Positions 37,626 to 48,689 of a stretch of 64,000 nt of DNA are shown one piece after another. The translations under genes and the position numbers were made by a program. This DNA is from a virus. The stretch lies in IMG/VR virus record IMGVR_UViG_3300027816_000056; one strand, written 5' to 3'. The notes beneath the pieces were generated by a model that did not search any database, was not told the origin of the DNA, and saw only the letters and a program-made list of their open reading frames with translations. The first letter of the stretch is position 1; every line of letters starts with the position of its first letter.

Positions 37626-38572
37626 ATTGTAATATTATTTTTCTTAAAAAAATTAGCAACATTATTTGTTACATGATATTGTGAACTAAACGGTAACTTT
37701 CCATAATCTTCATTACGTTTTTGAAATCCAATTAGATAATAATCTCCAGAATCTTCCGTACGTTGCCATTCTATTTCACTGATCATTTCTTCATGTAGTT
37801 TTTCTCCATCTCGAATTGGAATTTTATGAAATGCAATATCTGGTTTGCCGCATGCTTCTGCAATTGCTTTAACTAAATCCATTATGTTTAATGATTCAAT
37901 TTTTGGTATTGCAATTTTTCCGTGAGAGGTTGGATGATTGTATGCCCATTCTACTAAATTAATAGCTTGATCTAATGTCAATAAAAACCGAGTCATTTTG
38001 GTATCAGTGATTGGTAAAGATTCAACACCATCTTCGATCATCTTTTTAAATACTGGAATAATTGATCCGGTTGAATTTAAAACATTTCCATATCTTGCTA
38101 ATACTACTTTGATATCTGTTTGTTGTTTTGCAAATTCTACATATAATTGTTCTGCAATTGCTTTAGACATACCATATACATTTACCGGCTTACATGCTTT
38201 ATCTGTTGATATAAAAATTACCGTTTCTATTTTATGTGTACTCTCTTGAATAACATCTAATAAGTTTTGATGTCCATTAATGTTTACTTCAACCGATTCA
38301 TATGGATTTGCTTGGCATACCCAAACTGTTTTAACTGCTGCAGTGTTGATAACAATTTGTGGTTTGAATTCTTGAAATGATCTAGCAATTGACTGTTTGT
38401 CTTTAACATCTCCCAGTTTATATGTCACATTTGGAAATTCTAAACGCATTGCTTCTTGTTTATGTTCATTTCTAGATAACACCATAATATCGTTATTTTG
38501 ATAGTATCGTCTTACTAAATTGCTGCCCAATGCGCCTGTGCCACCGATAATTAAAATTCTTTTGTTTTTCAT
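37622..38572 (-). CDS. UDP-GlcNAc 4,6-dehydratase (CapE/FnlA/PseB-like)
   Basis: GGTGALG, STDKACKPVNVYGMSK, RYGNVLNSTGS, GEKLHE. Confidence 0.9.
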   Translation of the reverse strand: MKNKRILIIGGTGALGSNLVRRYYQNNDIMVLSRNEHKQEAMRLEFPNVTYKLGDVKDKQSIARSFQEFKPQIVINTAAVKTVWVCQANPYESVEVNINGHQNLLDVIQESTHKIETVIFISTDKACKPVNVYGMSKAIAEQLYVEFAKQQTDIKVVLARYGNVLNSTGSIIPVFKKMIEDGVESLPITDTKMTRFLLTLDQAINLVEWAYNHPTSHGKIAIPKIESLNIMDLVKAIAEACGKPDIAFHKIPIRDGEKLHEEMISEIEWQRTEDSGDYYLIGFQKRNEDYGKLPFSSQYHVTNNVANFFKKNNITI

Positions 38573-38904
38573 ATTTCTTCGATCCTTTTTGCTTTATCAT
38601 CTATTACTAAATCAAAATGTGGTTTTTCGTCTCCGCATTTTAATTCATGAAATTTACATTTCCAATCATTTAATTGTTTCAGCGTAAATTCTTTATAATC
38701 TACACCCGAAACTGCACCTCGAGCTGTCCAATATATTATCTTCCATCCCGCATCATATAATGCATTAATTTTATCGATATGATGCTGAATTGGTTGTGCT
38801 AAATCATATCGACGAATATCTGGATAATGACATATAGTTTCATCGATATCAACTAATGCAATTTGTTGCGTTTTTGAATATGGGGTTGATTCATAAAATT
38901 TCAT
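38569..38904 (-). CDS. HAD-family phosphatase (capsule-cluster type)
   Basis: DIDETI, WTARG, KP...IDDK. Confidence 0.8.
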   Translation of the reverse strand: MKFYESTPYSKTQQIALVDIDETICHYPDIRRYDLAQPIQHHIDKINALYDAGWKIIYWTARGAVSGVDYKEFTLKQLNDWKCKFHELKCGDEKPHFDLVIDDKAKRIEEI

Positions 38905-39830
38905 ACGTATATAACATTTTTTACAAAGTTACCACTCGAAAATGGATCTTTTCTAATCTTGCCCTCGTTGATACCGCCATGATTAGATCCATATCGTTTG
39001 TTACCTAAAATATATGTTTTTGAAAATCTAGTAGACCATAAGTTCATACCAGTTTCATTTCCAACATTAAGTATTGCTTTTGATTTCAAATACATTTGTT
39101 CTCTAATTGATAACTGTAATTGTTTAACTTCTACAACACTGTTTAAATAATTCAATGATGTATCTTGAATAGGACGTTCGCCATAATAAAACCAATTCAA
39201 TTCATTATCAATAACATCAATTAAAACTTGTTCGTCTGATGTTGTTCCAAAGGTAGATGATACTGAAACATATGCATATGGTTTGTTATTCCAATATGTT
39301 TCGATGATATCATTGCCTTTTTTTATTTCGGCATCGTTAAAAAATATATCCGGATTACTATCTTGCATTTCAGAATCTTCAAATTGCCAAAATTTCAACA
39401 TTTGTTCGACTAATGGTATTTTTGAATTATCTAAATCATATATTCGATAATGATCGTGAAATATTTCTCCGTTATAGCTATCAATAAATGCGTCTACGTA
39501 TGGATTATTTTTAAAGATGTCTAAGGTTATGTTAGAGCAATCATACACGCCATAGCCCCACGTATTTAGCATCTCGCCAAATATAGAACGCAACATTTTA
39601 GGAGACGGAACATATACTTTGCAATTTGGATATTTTTGTTTTAATAAACGTGGCATTGCTGATATTACAGCCCAATCGCCTATACCATGACACGTTCGCA
39701 TTACAACAAATTCTTGTGCATCAAGATATTCATCGGGAATTGCGTATGCATTGTTTTTATTAAATCCTATTTTGCTAACTTCTCCTAAAGATGAAAGTTG
39801 ATTGTTATATATTCTAAAAAAATGTGCCAT
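38901..39830 (-). CDS. GT9 (heptosyltransferase)-like glycosyltransferase
   Basis: HGIGD...PRLLKQKYPN, NNPYVD, VGNETG. Confidence 0.7.
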   Translation of the reverse strand: MAHFFRIYNNQLSSLGEVSKIGFNKNNAYAIPDEYLDAQEFVVMRTCHGIGDWAVISAMPRLLKQKYPNCKVYVPSPKMLRSIFGEMLNTWGYGVYDCSNITLDIFKNNPYVDAFIDSYNGEIFHDHYRIYDLDNSKIPLVEQMLKFWQFEDSEMQDSNPDIFFNDAEIKKGNDIIETYWNNKPYAYVSVSSTFGTTSDEQVLIDVIDNELNWFYYGERPIQDTSLNYLNSVVEVKQLQLSIREQMYLKSKAILNVGNETGMNLWSTRFSKTYILGNKRYGSNHGGINEGKIRKDPFSSGNFVKNVIYV

Positions 39831-40750
39831 TATAATACAATCTCATTAAAATATCTAACTACGGTTATTTCTTTTGGTTGATTGATAGTTATTGAAGCGC
39901 CGCTAAAATATTCTAACATCATTTCGGGAATATTAACTGAAGCTAATGTACTAAAAATTAAACCGCCACCAAATCTAGGATTAATTTCTAAAAAATAATA
40001 TTGCCCACCTTGTTCCTTTAGTTGGATACACGCCGGGCCTTTTATATTTAAATGCATACATATACGAGCACATTCATTTAAAATTTCATGATTATTAACA
40101 ATTCGTCCCTTAGTAGATATTCCAGCTTTTGTTTGAATTCGTTCGCGAACAATTCCTGTTAACATATTGGATGCTTCATCACATAATACATCAACTGAAT
40201 ATTCCGGGCCGTCTATAAATGTTTGAATTATAAATCCTTCGTCTACTTTTGGAAATCCGTTATCGATAATCTGAATATTTCTACTACCACTACCTCTAAT
40301 CGGTTTAATAATTTTTTTACCAGGAAATAATAATTTTGATGTCGACGTTAATGGCAGTTTAAATTTGTCTTTACATAAAGAATAAAATGAATACTTATCT
40401 TGACAAATGTCAATTGTTAATTTGCTCGGTATTAACAAATAAACGCCGGTGGCTCTAATTTGATCTTGAAATTTTGCCATCAATGCTACATCAGAATCGC
40501 CGGTTTGAAATATTACATTAATATTATACTGATTGATTAATTTAAGCAAAGCAGTTAACCATTCCTGTTCATTTGAACTATCTGGCAATGTTTCTCCTTT
40601 TTTTGCTAAAAACAATCCCGCGGCTGTTGGGTCTGAATCTGCAGCAACAATGGCAATATCATCTTTAAATTTACTACATTCTAAAGATTTAATAACACTT
40701 ATTGCGGCAGGTCCTCCCGCATGCGTAACTAATATTCGAAACAATTTCAT
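39830..40750 (-). CDS. ATP-grasp ligase
   Basis: DKY, IIKPIRGSGS, IQTFIDGPEYSVD, EINPRFGGG. Confidence 0.85.
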   Translation of the reverse strand: MKLFRILVTHAGGPAAISVIKSLECSKFKDDIAIVAADSDPTAAGLFLAKKGETLPDSSNEQEWLTALLKLINQYNINVIFQTGDSDVALMAKFQDQIRATGVYLLIPSKLTIDICQDKYSFYSLCKDKFKLPLTSTSKLLFPGKKIIKPIRGSGSRNIQIIDNGFPKVDEGFIIQTFIDGPEYSVDVLCDEASNMLTGIVRERIQTKAGISTKGRIVNNHEILNECARICMHLNIKGPACIQLKEQGGQYYFLEINPRFGGGLIFSTLASVNIPEMMLEYFSGASITINQPKEITVVRYFNEIVL

Positions 40751-40772
40751 ATATTCTTATTATGTATATTTT

Positions 40773-42977
40773 TTAAATAGATTCCAAGTGTTTTAATAAG
40801 TTACTAGGCTTATATGTTGCATTATGTTTTAACATTATATCTTCTTGATTATAATCATATACGCTTTCTAGATCGATTAAACTATATTGACCATTTTCCA
40901 ATTGAATTATATTCTGGGGAACTAAATCATAGTAAATTTTATTTCGTTTTTTGCAATTATCTAAAACAGCTTTCATAAAATGCGTTGGAATTTTATCAAA
41001 ATCAAAATCATTATCTGCAATAGTTTTGCCCTCTTTCATAACATAACCAATTAAGACATTACCATCATAAATTAATTTATCTAAAGCCGGTACTACTCCA
41101 TTAAAAAGTCCTGATTCTATTGCATTTTGAAAATTTTGTAATCTACAATATTCTGGGTGAAATATTTTGATAAATGTTTTTGATACTGCATCGTAGTAAA
41201 TAGTACGGCCGTGATTAATGCCGTCTACTATGCGATTATATTTATCTTTTATTAGTTTGAAGTTTTGAAATTCTAAATCAATCAATTGAACTTTATCAAC
41301 ATATGTAACGCCCCATTTATAAAACTCAATATTGAATGGATATCCCTTGTGGCTGCCAGATTCGAAAAACATTTTAATATTGTTCCAATCATTAACATCC
41401 CTATTAGAATTAGTTATATTTTTTCTTGAAAAATAAAATCTAGGTTCTAGAAATTTATAACCATTTATTTCTATACAATAATTTTGTAAAATATCATCAT
41501 CACTCGTTGCACCGAATTTCATAAATTTGGCATAATCTTTTGGAAATACTTCTACATTATCGGGAAACTTAATATTTTGCTCTCTGAGTTTAGATGATAT
41601 GATTATATCTAAATCATCATTATCTCGAATACCCATTGCACTTAATATTGAACTTTGCGTTAAACAATATTCATTTTTATCTATTCCCAATTCATCTAAT
41701 TGTTTTAATAGATGTATTTTTGAAGTTACTGGTTTGACTCGATGAACTCCGTCTATTTTTGTAGGAGTATCATATATCTTTGATGTTTCAATATAAAATG
41801 GAATATATTTTTCTCCTCGAACAAGTCGGCCAATCATTGCATACGCTCGATGATAACTATGTTTTATAAATCCATTATCAAATTCAACTGGATTTTCTTT
41901 AAGAAACGTTTCAATTTCCGAATCAGTCATACTGTCTAAAGAGTTGTAATATTCTTCAGTCATTTTATCCCAACCCAAATCATGATGATTTGCAACATTT
42001 TTACGAAATCCAGCAATCATACAGTTATAATATTGCCAATTATTTGGTTCTAGATTTGGCTTACTGGCAGTTTTCCAATAGTTAACTATCTCTCGTACTG
42101 TTTTTAGTTTACCATTAAGATTTAATATTTGTTTACTAATTCCACCATTCGCTACTTCCATATTCATGAAGTATTCTGAACTAATAGGACTATATTTAGG
42201 CAGTTCCTGTACAGATACATTTAATTCATTATATGTTCGTTCTAACCAATATGCAACGTGCCTAGGATTCTGTGGTATTGCATTAAAATGATATACCCAT
42301 CCAGCATTTATAAAATGTAATTCATCGGTAAACCATGAGTGACCTGGAATATGTAATAAATTTTTTCGAAACAAATCTTGCAGATTATAGCATTCTGGTA
42401 AATAATTAACATCAACATTGAATAACTGTGTTAAATAATTAATAATAGTCTGATCCGTACCGGCTTTAATTTGTTCGTTTAATTGATTAATAGTTTCAAT
42501 ATGTTGTAAATAGAAATTTTTAACTTTATCATAAAACGGTTTATGTGCTTTATTTGTTATTTGAAACCCCCCATTAAAATATTTCCATGTTTTAATTTTA
42601 GGCTGATCTGGAAATAATGCATCTCCCCATCTTTGAATACTTCTTGTTGTCCATTCATAACATCCATTATTTACTACTACACTAAACTTTCCATTAGTTT
42701 CATTAAAAAAATTAGGAGCATCTGGATGTATAATAGTATCAGCATCTACAATTAAAACTTGGTCGTATTCAATTCCATTATGTTCTAATATATCATGTAC
42801 CCAATATCGCTGTAATGTGACTTTAAGATAGTTTGGATCGGATATAACATCTTTCCATTCAATTAATGTAACATTGTTTCGATCGCACCATGTTTGCCAA
42901 CTTTTAACCGAATAATGATATGGTTGATTTCTATCATTACCTAAATCTACATTAGGTATAAAAACTATATTTTTCAT
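40773..42977 (-). CDS. multidomain protein: GT8-like glycosyltransferase, NTase-like and kinase-like domains
   Basis: VDADT, YFNGG, TDQT, YHF; GIRDNDDLDII; YYDLVPQNII...LIDLES. Confidence 0.7.
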   Translation of the reverse strand: MKNIVFIPNVDLGNDRNQPYHYSVKSWQTWCDRNNVTLIEWKDVISDPNYLKVTLQRYWVHDILEHNGIEYDQVLIVDADTIIHPDAPNFFNETNGKFSVVVNNGCYEWTTRSIQRWGDALFPDQPKIKTWKYFNGGFQITNKAHKPFYDKVKNFYLQHIETINQLNEQIKAGTDQTIINYLTQLFNVDVNYLPECYNLQDLFRKNLLHIPGHSWFTDELHFINAGWVYHFNAIPQNPRHVAYWLERTYNELNVSVQELPKYSPISSEYFMNMEVANGGISKQILNLNGKLKTVREIVNYWKTASKPNLEPNNWQYYNCMIAGFRKNVANHHDLGWDKMTEEYYNSLDSMTDSEIETFLKENPVEFDNGFIKHSYHRAYAMIGRLVRGEKYIPFYIETSKIYDTPTKIDGVHRVKPVTSKIHLLKQLDELGIDKNEYCLTQSSILSAMGIRDNDDLDIIISSKLREQNIKFPDNVEVFPKDYAKFMKFGATSDDDILQNYCIEINGYKFLEPRFYFSRKNITNSNRDVNDWNNIKMFFESGSHKGYPFNIEFYKWGVTYVDKVQLIDLEFQNFKLIKDKYNRIVDGINHGRTIYYDAVSKTFIKIFHPEYCRLQNFQNAIESGLFNGVVPALDKLIYDGNVLIGYVMKEGKTIADNDFDFDKIPTHFMKAVLDNCKKRNKIYYDLVPQNIIQLENGQYSLIDLESVYDYNQEDIMLKHNATYKPSNLLKHLESI

Positions 42978-43693
42978 GAATTTTGTTTTACTCCATCAAA
43001 TTCGGATATAATTACTTCATTCGGAATGTAACATTTTAATTCTGCAAATCTTGCCATCCCGTTATTAAAATCATAATATCCTTCGTAACAATTTGGTTTT
43101 CGTTTATCTCGAATTGGTATGTCATGAACACATTGATCAATGTTCAGAATAAATTCAGTTAAACGATCTCGATACCATGGTGTTTTATACACGGCATCGG
43201 TACTTAATCTTTTATGTGGTGCATGTTTACCTAAATATGAATATCCATATTTTAATTTTTTATATCCAGGTGATTTATTTGTATTATATGGGGTGTATCC
43301 ATCAATATATTCTTGTAGTAGATATTTTTCTAGCTTTGTTAATAACATGTAGTCATAATCTAATTCAACAAATTCATAAATACGATTATATACCTGGTCT
43401 TTAGATACATGTATTTGCGTATCTTCACATAAAAAAATCACATATGGAGTTGTTACTTGATTAACTAATGATAACGTAACAGGTGCCCATTCTTCTGATA
43501 AATCATTATAAAAATTTAATTTTGAAATATGTTTTTTATATAATGAGTAAACTTCTTCTAAATTAATTGTTGAATTATAATTTACAAAAAATTCAACATC
43601 ACTAAAAACTTTTCCAATCGTTGGTAGTTGTTTTTGTAATACCTGCAACCGTTCTGGCTTAGTACATATAAAATTCTGAACTATCGAAATCAT
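42974..43693 (-). CDS. putative GT-A glycosyltransferase
   Basis: VTTPYVIFLCED DxD-like region; position in cluster. Confidence 0.5.
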   Translation of the reverse strand: MISIVQNFICTKPERLQVLQKQLPTIGKVFSDVEFFVNYNSTINLEEVYSLYKKHISKLNFYNDLSEEWAPVTLSLVNQVTTPYVIFLCEDTQIHVSKDQVYNRIYEFVELDYDYMLLTKLEKYLLQEYIDGYTPYNTNKSPGYKKLKYGYSYLGKHAPHKRLSTDAVYKTPWYRDRLTEFILNIDQCVHDIPIRDKRKPNCYEGYYDFNNGMARFAELKCYIPNEVIISEFDGVKQNS

Positions 43694-44664
43694 TTGTTAT
43701 ACACCTTTTGCCAAAATTCGATCATTTCATCCATCATTTTTTCAAATGTATATGTCGGAGTCCAACCTAATTCTGTTTTAATTTTTGTACAATCTCCTTT
43801 GAGATACGGTAACTCTTCTGGACGTAAAAACTTTTGATTCTGTATCACATAATCTCTATAATCTAATCTCAACTTACCAAACACATACTCACACATATCT
43901 CGTACCGATCTAGTTTCCTCAGTCGCAACAACCCAATCACCTGGTTTATCTTGTTGTAGAATGAGATGCATTGCTCTTACATAATCGTAAGAATGTCCCC
44001 AATCACGATAAGCATCCATATTACCTAATTCCAATTTATCTTGCAATCCTAAACTAATTAAAACTGCGGCTTTGACAACTTTATTTGTTACGAAATTAGA
44101 ACCACGTCTAGGTGACTCATGATTAAATAGAATACCATTAGATGCATGTAAGTTATATGCGTTTCTATAATTTCGTACAATATTATATGCAAATACTTTA
44201 CTACATCCATATGGCGACACTGGAGTCATTGGTGTTGTTTCTCGTTGAAATCCATCGGCGTCTACAGAACTGCCAAACATCTCAGATGATGATGCTTGAT
44301 AAAATTTTGCTATTGGACATGCATTTCTATAAGCTTCCAATATATTCAGAACCCCCAATCCATTTGTTTGAATTGTAAATTGAGGTATGTCAAAACTAAT
44401 ACGAACATGGCTTTGAGCTGCAAGATTATAAATTTCATCTGGTTGTATTTTTGCTAATAAATGTTCTAAGCTACTTTGATCTAATAAATCGCCGTAATAT
44501 GTATAAATTGTATCGTCTAGATGTGATATTCTAGATTCTTGATGTTCTGGAGTAGAATTTCTTCTTACAATTCCATGGACTTCATATCCAATTGAATGTA
44601 AATATTCTGCTAAATATGAACCATCTTGTCCGGCGATTCCTGTGATAAACGCTTTTTTTTTCAT
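43690..44664 (-). CDS. gmd: GDP-mannose 4,6-dehydratase
   Basis: ITGIAGQDGSYL, NLAAQSHV, QASSSE, NHESPRRG, RDWG. Confidence 0.95.
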   Translation of the reverse strand: MKKKAFITGIAGQDGSYLAEYLHSIGYEVHGIVRRNSTPEHQESRISHLDDTIYTYYGDLLDQSSLEHLLAKIQPDEIYNLAAQSHVRISFDIPQFTIQTNGLGVLNILEAYRNACPIAKFYQASSSEMFGSSVDADGFQRETTPMTPVSPYGCSKVFAYNIVRNYRNAYNLHASNGILFNHESPRRGSNFVTNKVVKAAVLISLGLQDKLELGNMDAYRDWGHSYDYVRAMHLILQQDKPGDWVVATEETRSVRDMCEYVFGKLRLDYRDYVIQNQKFLRPEELPYLKGDCTKIKTELGWTPTYTFEKMMDEMIEFWQKVYNK

Positions 44665-45248
44665 TTAAAAATTTCCATTTGTGTTAAATCGGGCCAATCA
44701 GTTGAAACCCATTGTTTTGGTTTTGTTTGTATTGCTGTATCTAATTTGTCTAAACCCAATTGAGCGGTTTCTGGTGTCATATAGTAATGATATCCGTATG
44801 TTTGAACATTTTGTACTCGCCATGGAATATTCGGCAGTCTACCATCATATGACATTTTTTTTAACTGTATAGCTGCAGCTTTGTTATCAGTTAATATCAT
44901 TCCACCGCGTCCTAAACTTAAATGTTTTTGATATTGAAATGATAAACTCATATATGTCCGTGGGATGTAACTATCTGCAGACCACAAAACTGCTGCATCA
45001 ATAACAGAATCTGTTAAATAATAGTAATCAACCCAATCTTCTGTTCGCCATTCCAAATCAATTAATAATTTATTTGCTAAAAATGGAATTGATAAATATG
45101 TATTTTTTGGAACACTTATACTATCTGCATTTGTATATCGCAGACATAATTCAACACCGTGAGTACAAGAATCAACTGCAATCGCATATGGAGCTCCAAA
45201 AAACTTAGCAATGCTATTTTCAAAATCCGTTACGGTATTAAAATTCAT
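44661..45248 (-). CDS. short DegT/DnrJ-family PLP aminotransferase
   Basis: AIAVDSCTHG, IDAA, SFQYQKHL...GGMI; only 195 aa. Confidence 0.75.
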   Translation of the reverse strand: MNFNTVTDFENSIAKFFGAPYAIAVDSCTHGVELCLRYTNADSISVPKNTYLSIPFLANKLLIDLEWRTEDWVDYYYLTDSVIDAAVLWSADSYIPRTYMSLSFQYQKHLSLGRGGMILTDNKAAAIQLKKMSYDGRLPNIPWRVQNVQTYGYHYYMTPETAQLGLDKLDTAIQTKPKQWVSTDWPDLTQMEIFK

Positions 45249-45787
45249 TTTGTTGCCTCCACATTCAAACTAATTAATAATCCATTTTCTTTATCCATAT
45301 GTGGATAATATGCTTGAGAATGATCATCATATTGTGCATGATCTGTCTTTTTCCAATTATAATGAATTATATTGTAAAATCCTAATGATTCTAATAATTC
45401 CTTTAAAGAGTTAAAATCATATACTGTTTTATGGTAAATGGTTGCATTGCCCATGGGCATTTGACCGAATAATGGTCCTAATATTTTATTTATATCATTC
45501 GTATCTTGATATACCCACATTAATTTTAAGAAATCTGGAACTGCTAATCTTAATGTTCCGCTGGGACGTAAAACGCGATACCATTCTTGCAATACCGTTT
45601 TTATTTCTGTTCTATCAAAATATTCTATAACATGTGATGCGTAAATAACATCAACAATTCCATCATTAAATGGTAATTTTGTTATATCATTAAATTGTAA
45701 ATGTGAATAATCTCCGCCGTCAATATGAATCCAATCTGAACCGAAGTCGCGCCATCCGCAGCCTAAATGTAATTTAATCGTTTGCAT
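45245..45787 (-). CDS. SAM methyltransferase (type 11)
   Basis: LHLGCG, YASHVIEY, RVLRPSG...VPD. Confidence 0.85.
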   Translation of the reverse strand: MQTIKLHLGCGWRDFGSDWIHIDGGDYSHLQFNDITKLPFNDGIVDVIYASHVIEYFDRTEIKTVLQEWYRVLRPSGTLRLAVPDFLKLMWVYQDTNDINKILGPLFGQMPMGNATIYHKTVYDFNSLKELLESLGFYNIIHYNWKKTDHAQYDDHSQAYYPHMDKENGLLISLNVEATK

Positions 45788-46355
45788 ATAATGTAATTAA
45801 ATTTAATTTTATATTTTCTTTTTCCCAAGCAACATCGGCATAAGCAAATCCCAATGATTGTAATTTATTTATTAGATCATTATGTTGATCACTCGTTATA
45901 TTAGTTATTTTACCTAAATGAAATTCTACAAATAAATCATTAATATATTCTAAACAATTGTTAGATAACATATGGTTTAATAATTCATATTCAGCACCTT
46001 CTATATCAATTTTTAAAATAATATAATCATCCTTATCAAAATTATCTGTAATAAATTTACATACATCTAAACACTCCGTTTCGATAAATCGATCTTGTTT
46101 AATATTGGTAATTTTAGATGAATTGATGGTACTAGCAAATGATTCACTACCTAAATAAAATTTTACAACGCCATCGCGAATCCAAGCAGCTTTTTTATAA
46201 AAATTAACACCATTAAAATTTTTAAATGATTTAAAATTACTTGGATCTGGTTCAAATGCATGAATCTCATATTCAGCCGAATCTGGTATTAAATCATAAA
46301 AAAATTTAACTGATTGTCCTTTGTTAAATCCTAAATCTATAAAAATTTTTTTCAT
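45774..46355 (-). CDS. FkbM-family methyltransferase
   Basis: FIDLGFNKG, AFEP, LKIDIEGAEY, VEFH. Confidence 0.85.
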   Translation of the reverse strand: MKKIFIDLGFNKGQSVKFFYDLIPDSAEYEIHAFEPDPSNFKSFKNFNGVNFYKKAAWIRDGVVKFYLGSESFASTINSSKITNIKQDRFIETECLDVCKFITDNFDKDDYIILKIDIEGAEYELLNHMLSNNCLEYINDLFVEFHLGKITNITSDQHNDLINKLQSLGFAYADVAWEKENIKLNLITLYAND

Positions 46356-46762
46356 ATAAATGTTTTATCTAATTGTTGACCTTCATATGGTCCTGTTTTA
46401 TATTCATATACTAATGTATTATCTTCTAAAATTTCATACGTATGACCACCTTGCAATGTAAATGAAGCATCACCTGTATATAATATTGGAGTTGCAATAA
46501 TTTGATCATCGATATCATAAAAAATGCATTTTACACTTCCATGAATTACAATCCAACTTTCCTGAGCAATTATATTACGATTACGTTCTTTCCATATATG
46601 TTTATGTGGAGCAAATGTTTTACCCTTTTCCATATTGAGCAAAGAACATTGTATAAATTGATTGTCTGGAACTACTTCAGTTCTACCCGGACTTAAATCT
46701 TCTTTTCGTACTATTATATGTAATAATATATCTGAATCAATATTACTATAAATTTTTTCCAT
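46352..46762 (-). CDS. WbuC-like cupin
   Basis: PHKH...QE...GGH...YEYKTGPY. Confidence 0.75.
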   Translation of the reverse strand: MEKIYSNIDSDILLHIIVRKEDLSPGRTEVVPDNQFIQCSLLNMEKGKTFAPHKHIWKERNRNIIAQESWIVIHGSVKCIFYDIDDQIIATPILYTGDASFTLQGGHTYEILEDNTLVYEYKTGPYEGQQLDKTFI

Positions 46763-47409
46763 TATAACGTTTCGTAATATGAATTTTGTTTTTCTTGTCG
46801 TTCGATTGTCTTTGGATGATATAAAGAATAATCTTCTTCCATTGGTAGCTGTGCATATTGCTTGAATCCTGTTAATACTTCATGTACTCGATTCTTCCAG
46901 GTAACTGTACCATCGTTACGATATATTCTCCACTGATAATCCGGCCAATTCACCCATCCTTCGGAATTTACATTCCAATTCCATTTCATTGCGTGTTCCT
47001 CAGTTAATCCATCAACTGTATTAACGCGTGGCACTAAATACACATCAACATCTGGATTGCTTTGTAATATTGTTGGCAATGATTCTAATATCGGAGTGCA
47101 TGGAATTTCGTCAGCGTCAATTTGAAAAATATAATCACCGGTGCATTGTTGTGTTAAATGATTTTTAAATGCAGCAAAATCATTGTTTAGTGGATAAAAT
47201 ATAACTCGTACGTTGCCTTGCTCATTATGTTTCATAATATATCCAAAGACCTCACGTTTATCTTGTGTTTGCGTATTCAATTCATCTAGATTCAAATCCA
47301 TTTGAACTACAATCTCATCTTGCGGTCTTTTATGTTCTAAAAGAAATGTAATGAGTCTTTGTATTTCAACGAACTCATTGCATACCGTCAGTGCGTAACT
47401 TATTTTCAT
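46762..47409 (-). CDS. glycosyltransferase family 2
   Basis: DFAAFKN, FQIDADE, PDYQWRIY, VHE. Confidence 0.85.
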   Translation of the reverse strand: MKISYALTVCNEFVEIQRLITFLLEHKRPQDEIVVQMDLNLDELNTQTQDKREVFGYIMKHNEQGNVRVIFYPLNNDFAAFKNHLTQQCTGDYIFQIDADEIPCTPILESLPTILQSNPDVDVYLVPRVNTVDGLTEEHAMKWNWNVNSEGWVNWPDYQWRIYRNDGTVTWKNRVHEVLTGFKQYAQLPMEEDYSLYHPKTIERQEKQNSYYETL

Positions 47410-48689
47410 GCTTCAATCTTTTTTAATTTTGGCAATGTAATCTTTGGAGCTTCAGTTTCGACCCGTTTCAGTTTAGGAAGTTGAAGTTGAATTTGTTGTG
47501 GAACTGATTGCAATGATGAATCAACATGTTCTAATACTTGTTTATATGTTTCTGCAATTGCAGTTTTTGTAAATGTGCTATTAACAAAATATCGTTGACG
47601 TTTTGCTAAATCCATCCATTTTTTATAATTTTTGCGAACTTCTTGCATCATCTTTCCAGCATATTTATAATCTGGAGTAAACCATTTAGCTTCTTTAATT
47701 AAAAATGGATTCTGTGCAGATGCATGAATTGGAGTCAATCCTCCTGGCAATGCACAAATAAAATCTTTCTTTAAAAAGTCGGCTTGTCCAGAATAATGTG
47801 GAGCTATAATTGGTTTACCTGTAGTTGAGAATTCTAATAATGGTCTACCAAATCCTTCTGCTTTAGTAAATGATATCATGGCTTTAACTTTAGGATGATT
47901 GTACATGGCATTCATTTCAAAATCTGCTAATTCTCCATGCACAAGATACACATTGGGAAGTTTAGCCGATCCAAAGTTTTCTCGAATCTGCAAAATACGT
48001 GATTCAATTTCCATTCTATCCATGATGCTATACGTAGCACCACTTGTTTTTAATATGAGAGCTGGTTGATCTTTAGTGTTTTTAAATGTATCAAAGAAGC
48101 AGTGTACTAATCCAGAAAGATTCTTTCGGTCTTCACCTAATGATCCTTGCAACCAATGTCCTACCGATAAGAATGCCCAAGATTCTTTAATTTCATCTAG
48201 CAGCGGAAACGGAATATCTGCTTTGTTGTTATATACAACTTCATTGAAATATTCTGGTACAACTTCTATTCGTGTTGTTAGTGGTAAATTTTGTTGTTTT
48301 GCGGTATTTTCAAATACTTCTTTAGTAAAGTTACTAGGAACTATTACCAATTGCATTTTATTTAAATTTTCAATCCATTCTTTAGGACATACATCGCCTT
48401 CTGTTCCTGCAGTCACTCCTATATTATATTTGCCAACCGGTTGCAATTCATTAGGAACTGATATTTGCACCCAAACATCTGGTTGTTCTGTTAATGGTAA
48501 CGGAATAATTCTTCGCATCCATTCCGGAGATAACGGATATGTCATTGGAGTTCCGCCCCACGGCAATGAAACTAATTTAACATCCCATGAATCTCCTCGT
48601 TGTTCTATAATATTGCTAATTACTTCTCGTGCATGATGCCCGTAACCGCTTTGTGTTGCTACGGGACTTGCTATAACTATTTTTCTCAT
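47406..48689 (-). CDS. glycosyltransferase family 4-like
   Basis: SGYG, RKN, EGFGRPLLE. Confidence 0.85.
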   Translation of the reverse strand: MRKIVIASPVATQSGYGHHAREVISNIIEQRGDSWDVKLVSLPWGGTPMTYPLSPEWMRRIIPLPLTEQPDVWVQISVPNELQPVGKYNIGVTAGTEGDVCPKEWIENLNKMQLVIVPSNFTKEVFENTAKQQNLPLTTRIEVVPEYFNEVVYNNKADIPFPLLDEIKESWAFLSVGHWLQGSLGEDRKNLSGLVHCFFDTFKNTKDQPALILKTSGATYSIMDRMEIESRILQIRENFGSAKLPNVYLVHGELADFEMNAMYNHPKVKAMISFTKAEGFGRPLLEFSTTGKPIIAPHYSGQADFLKKDFICALPGGLTPIHASAQNPFLIKEAKWFTPDYKYAGKMMQEVRKNYKKWMDLAKRQRYFVNSTFTKTAIAETYKQVLEHVDSSLQSVPQQIQLQLPKLKRVETEAPKITLPKLKKIEA

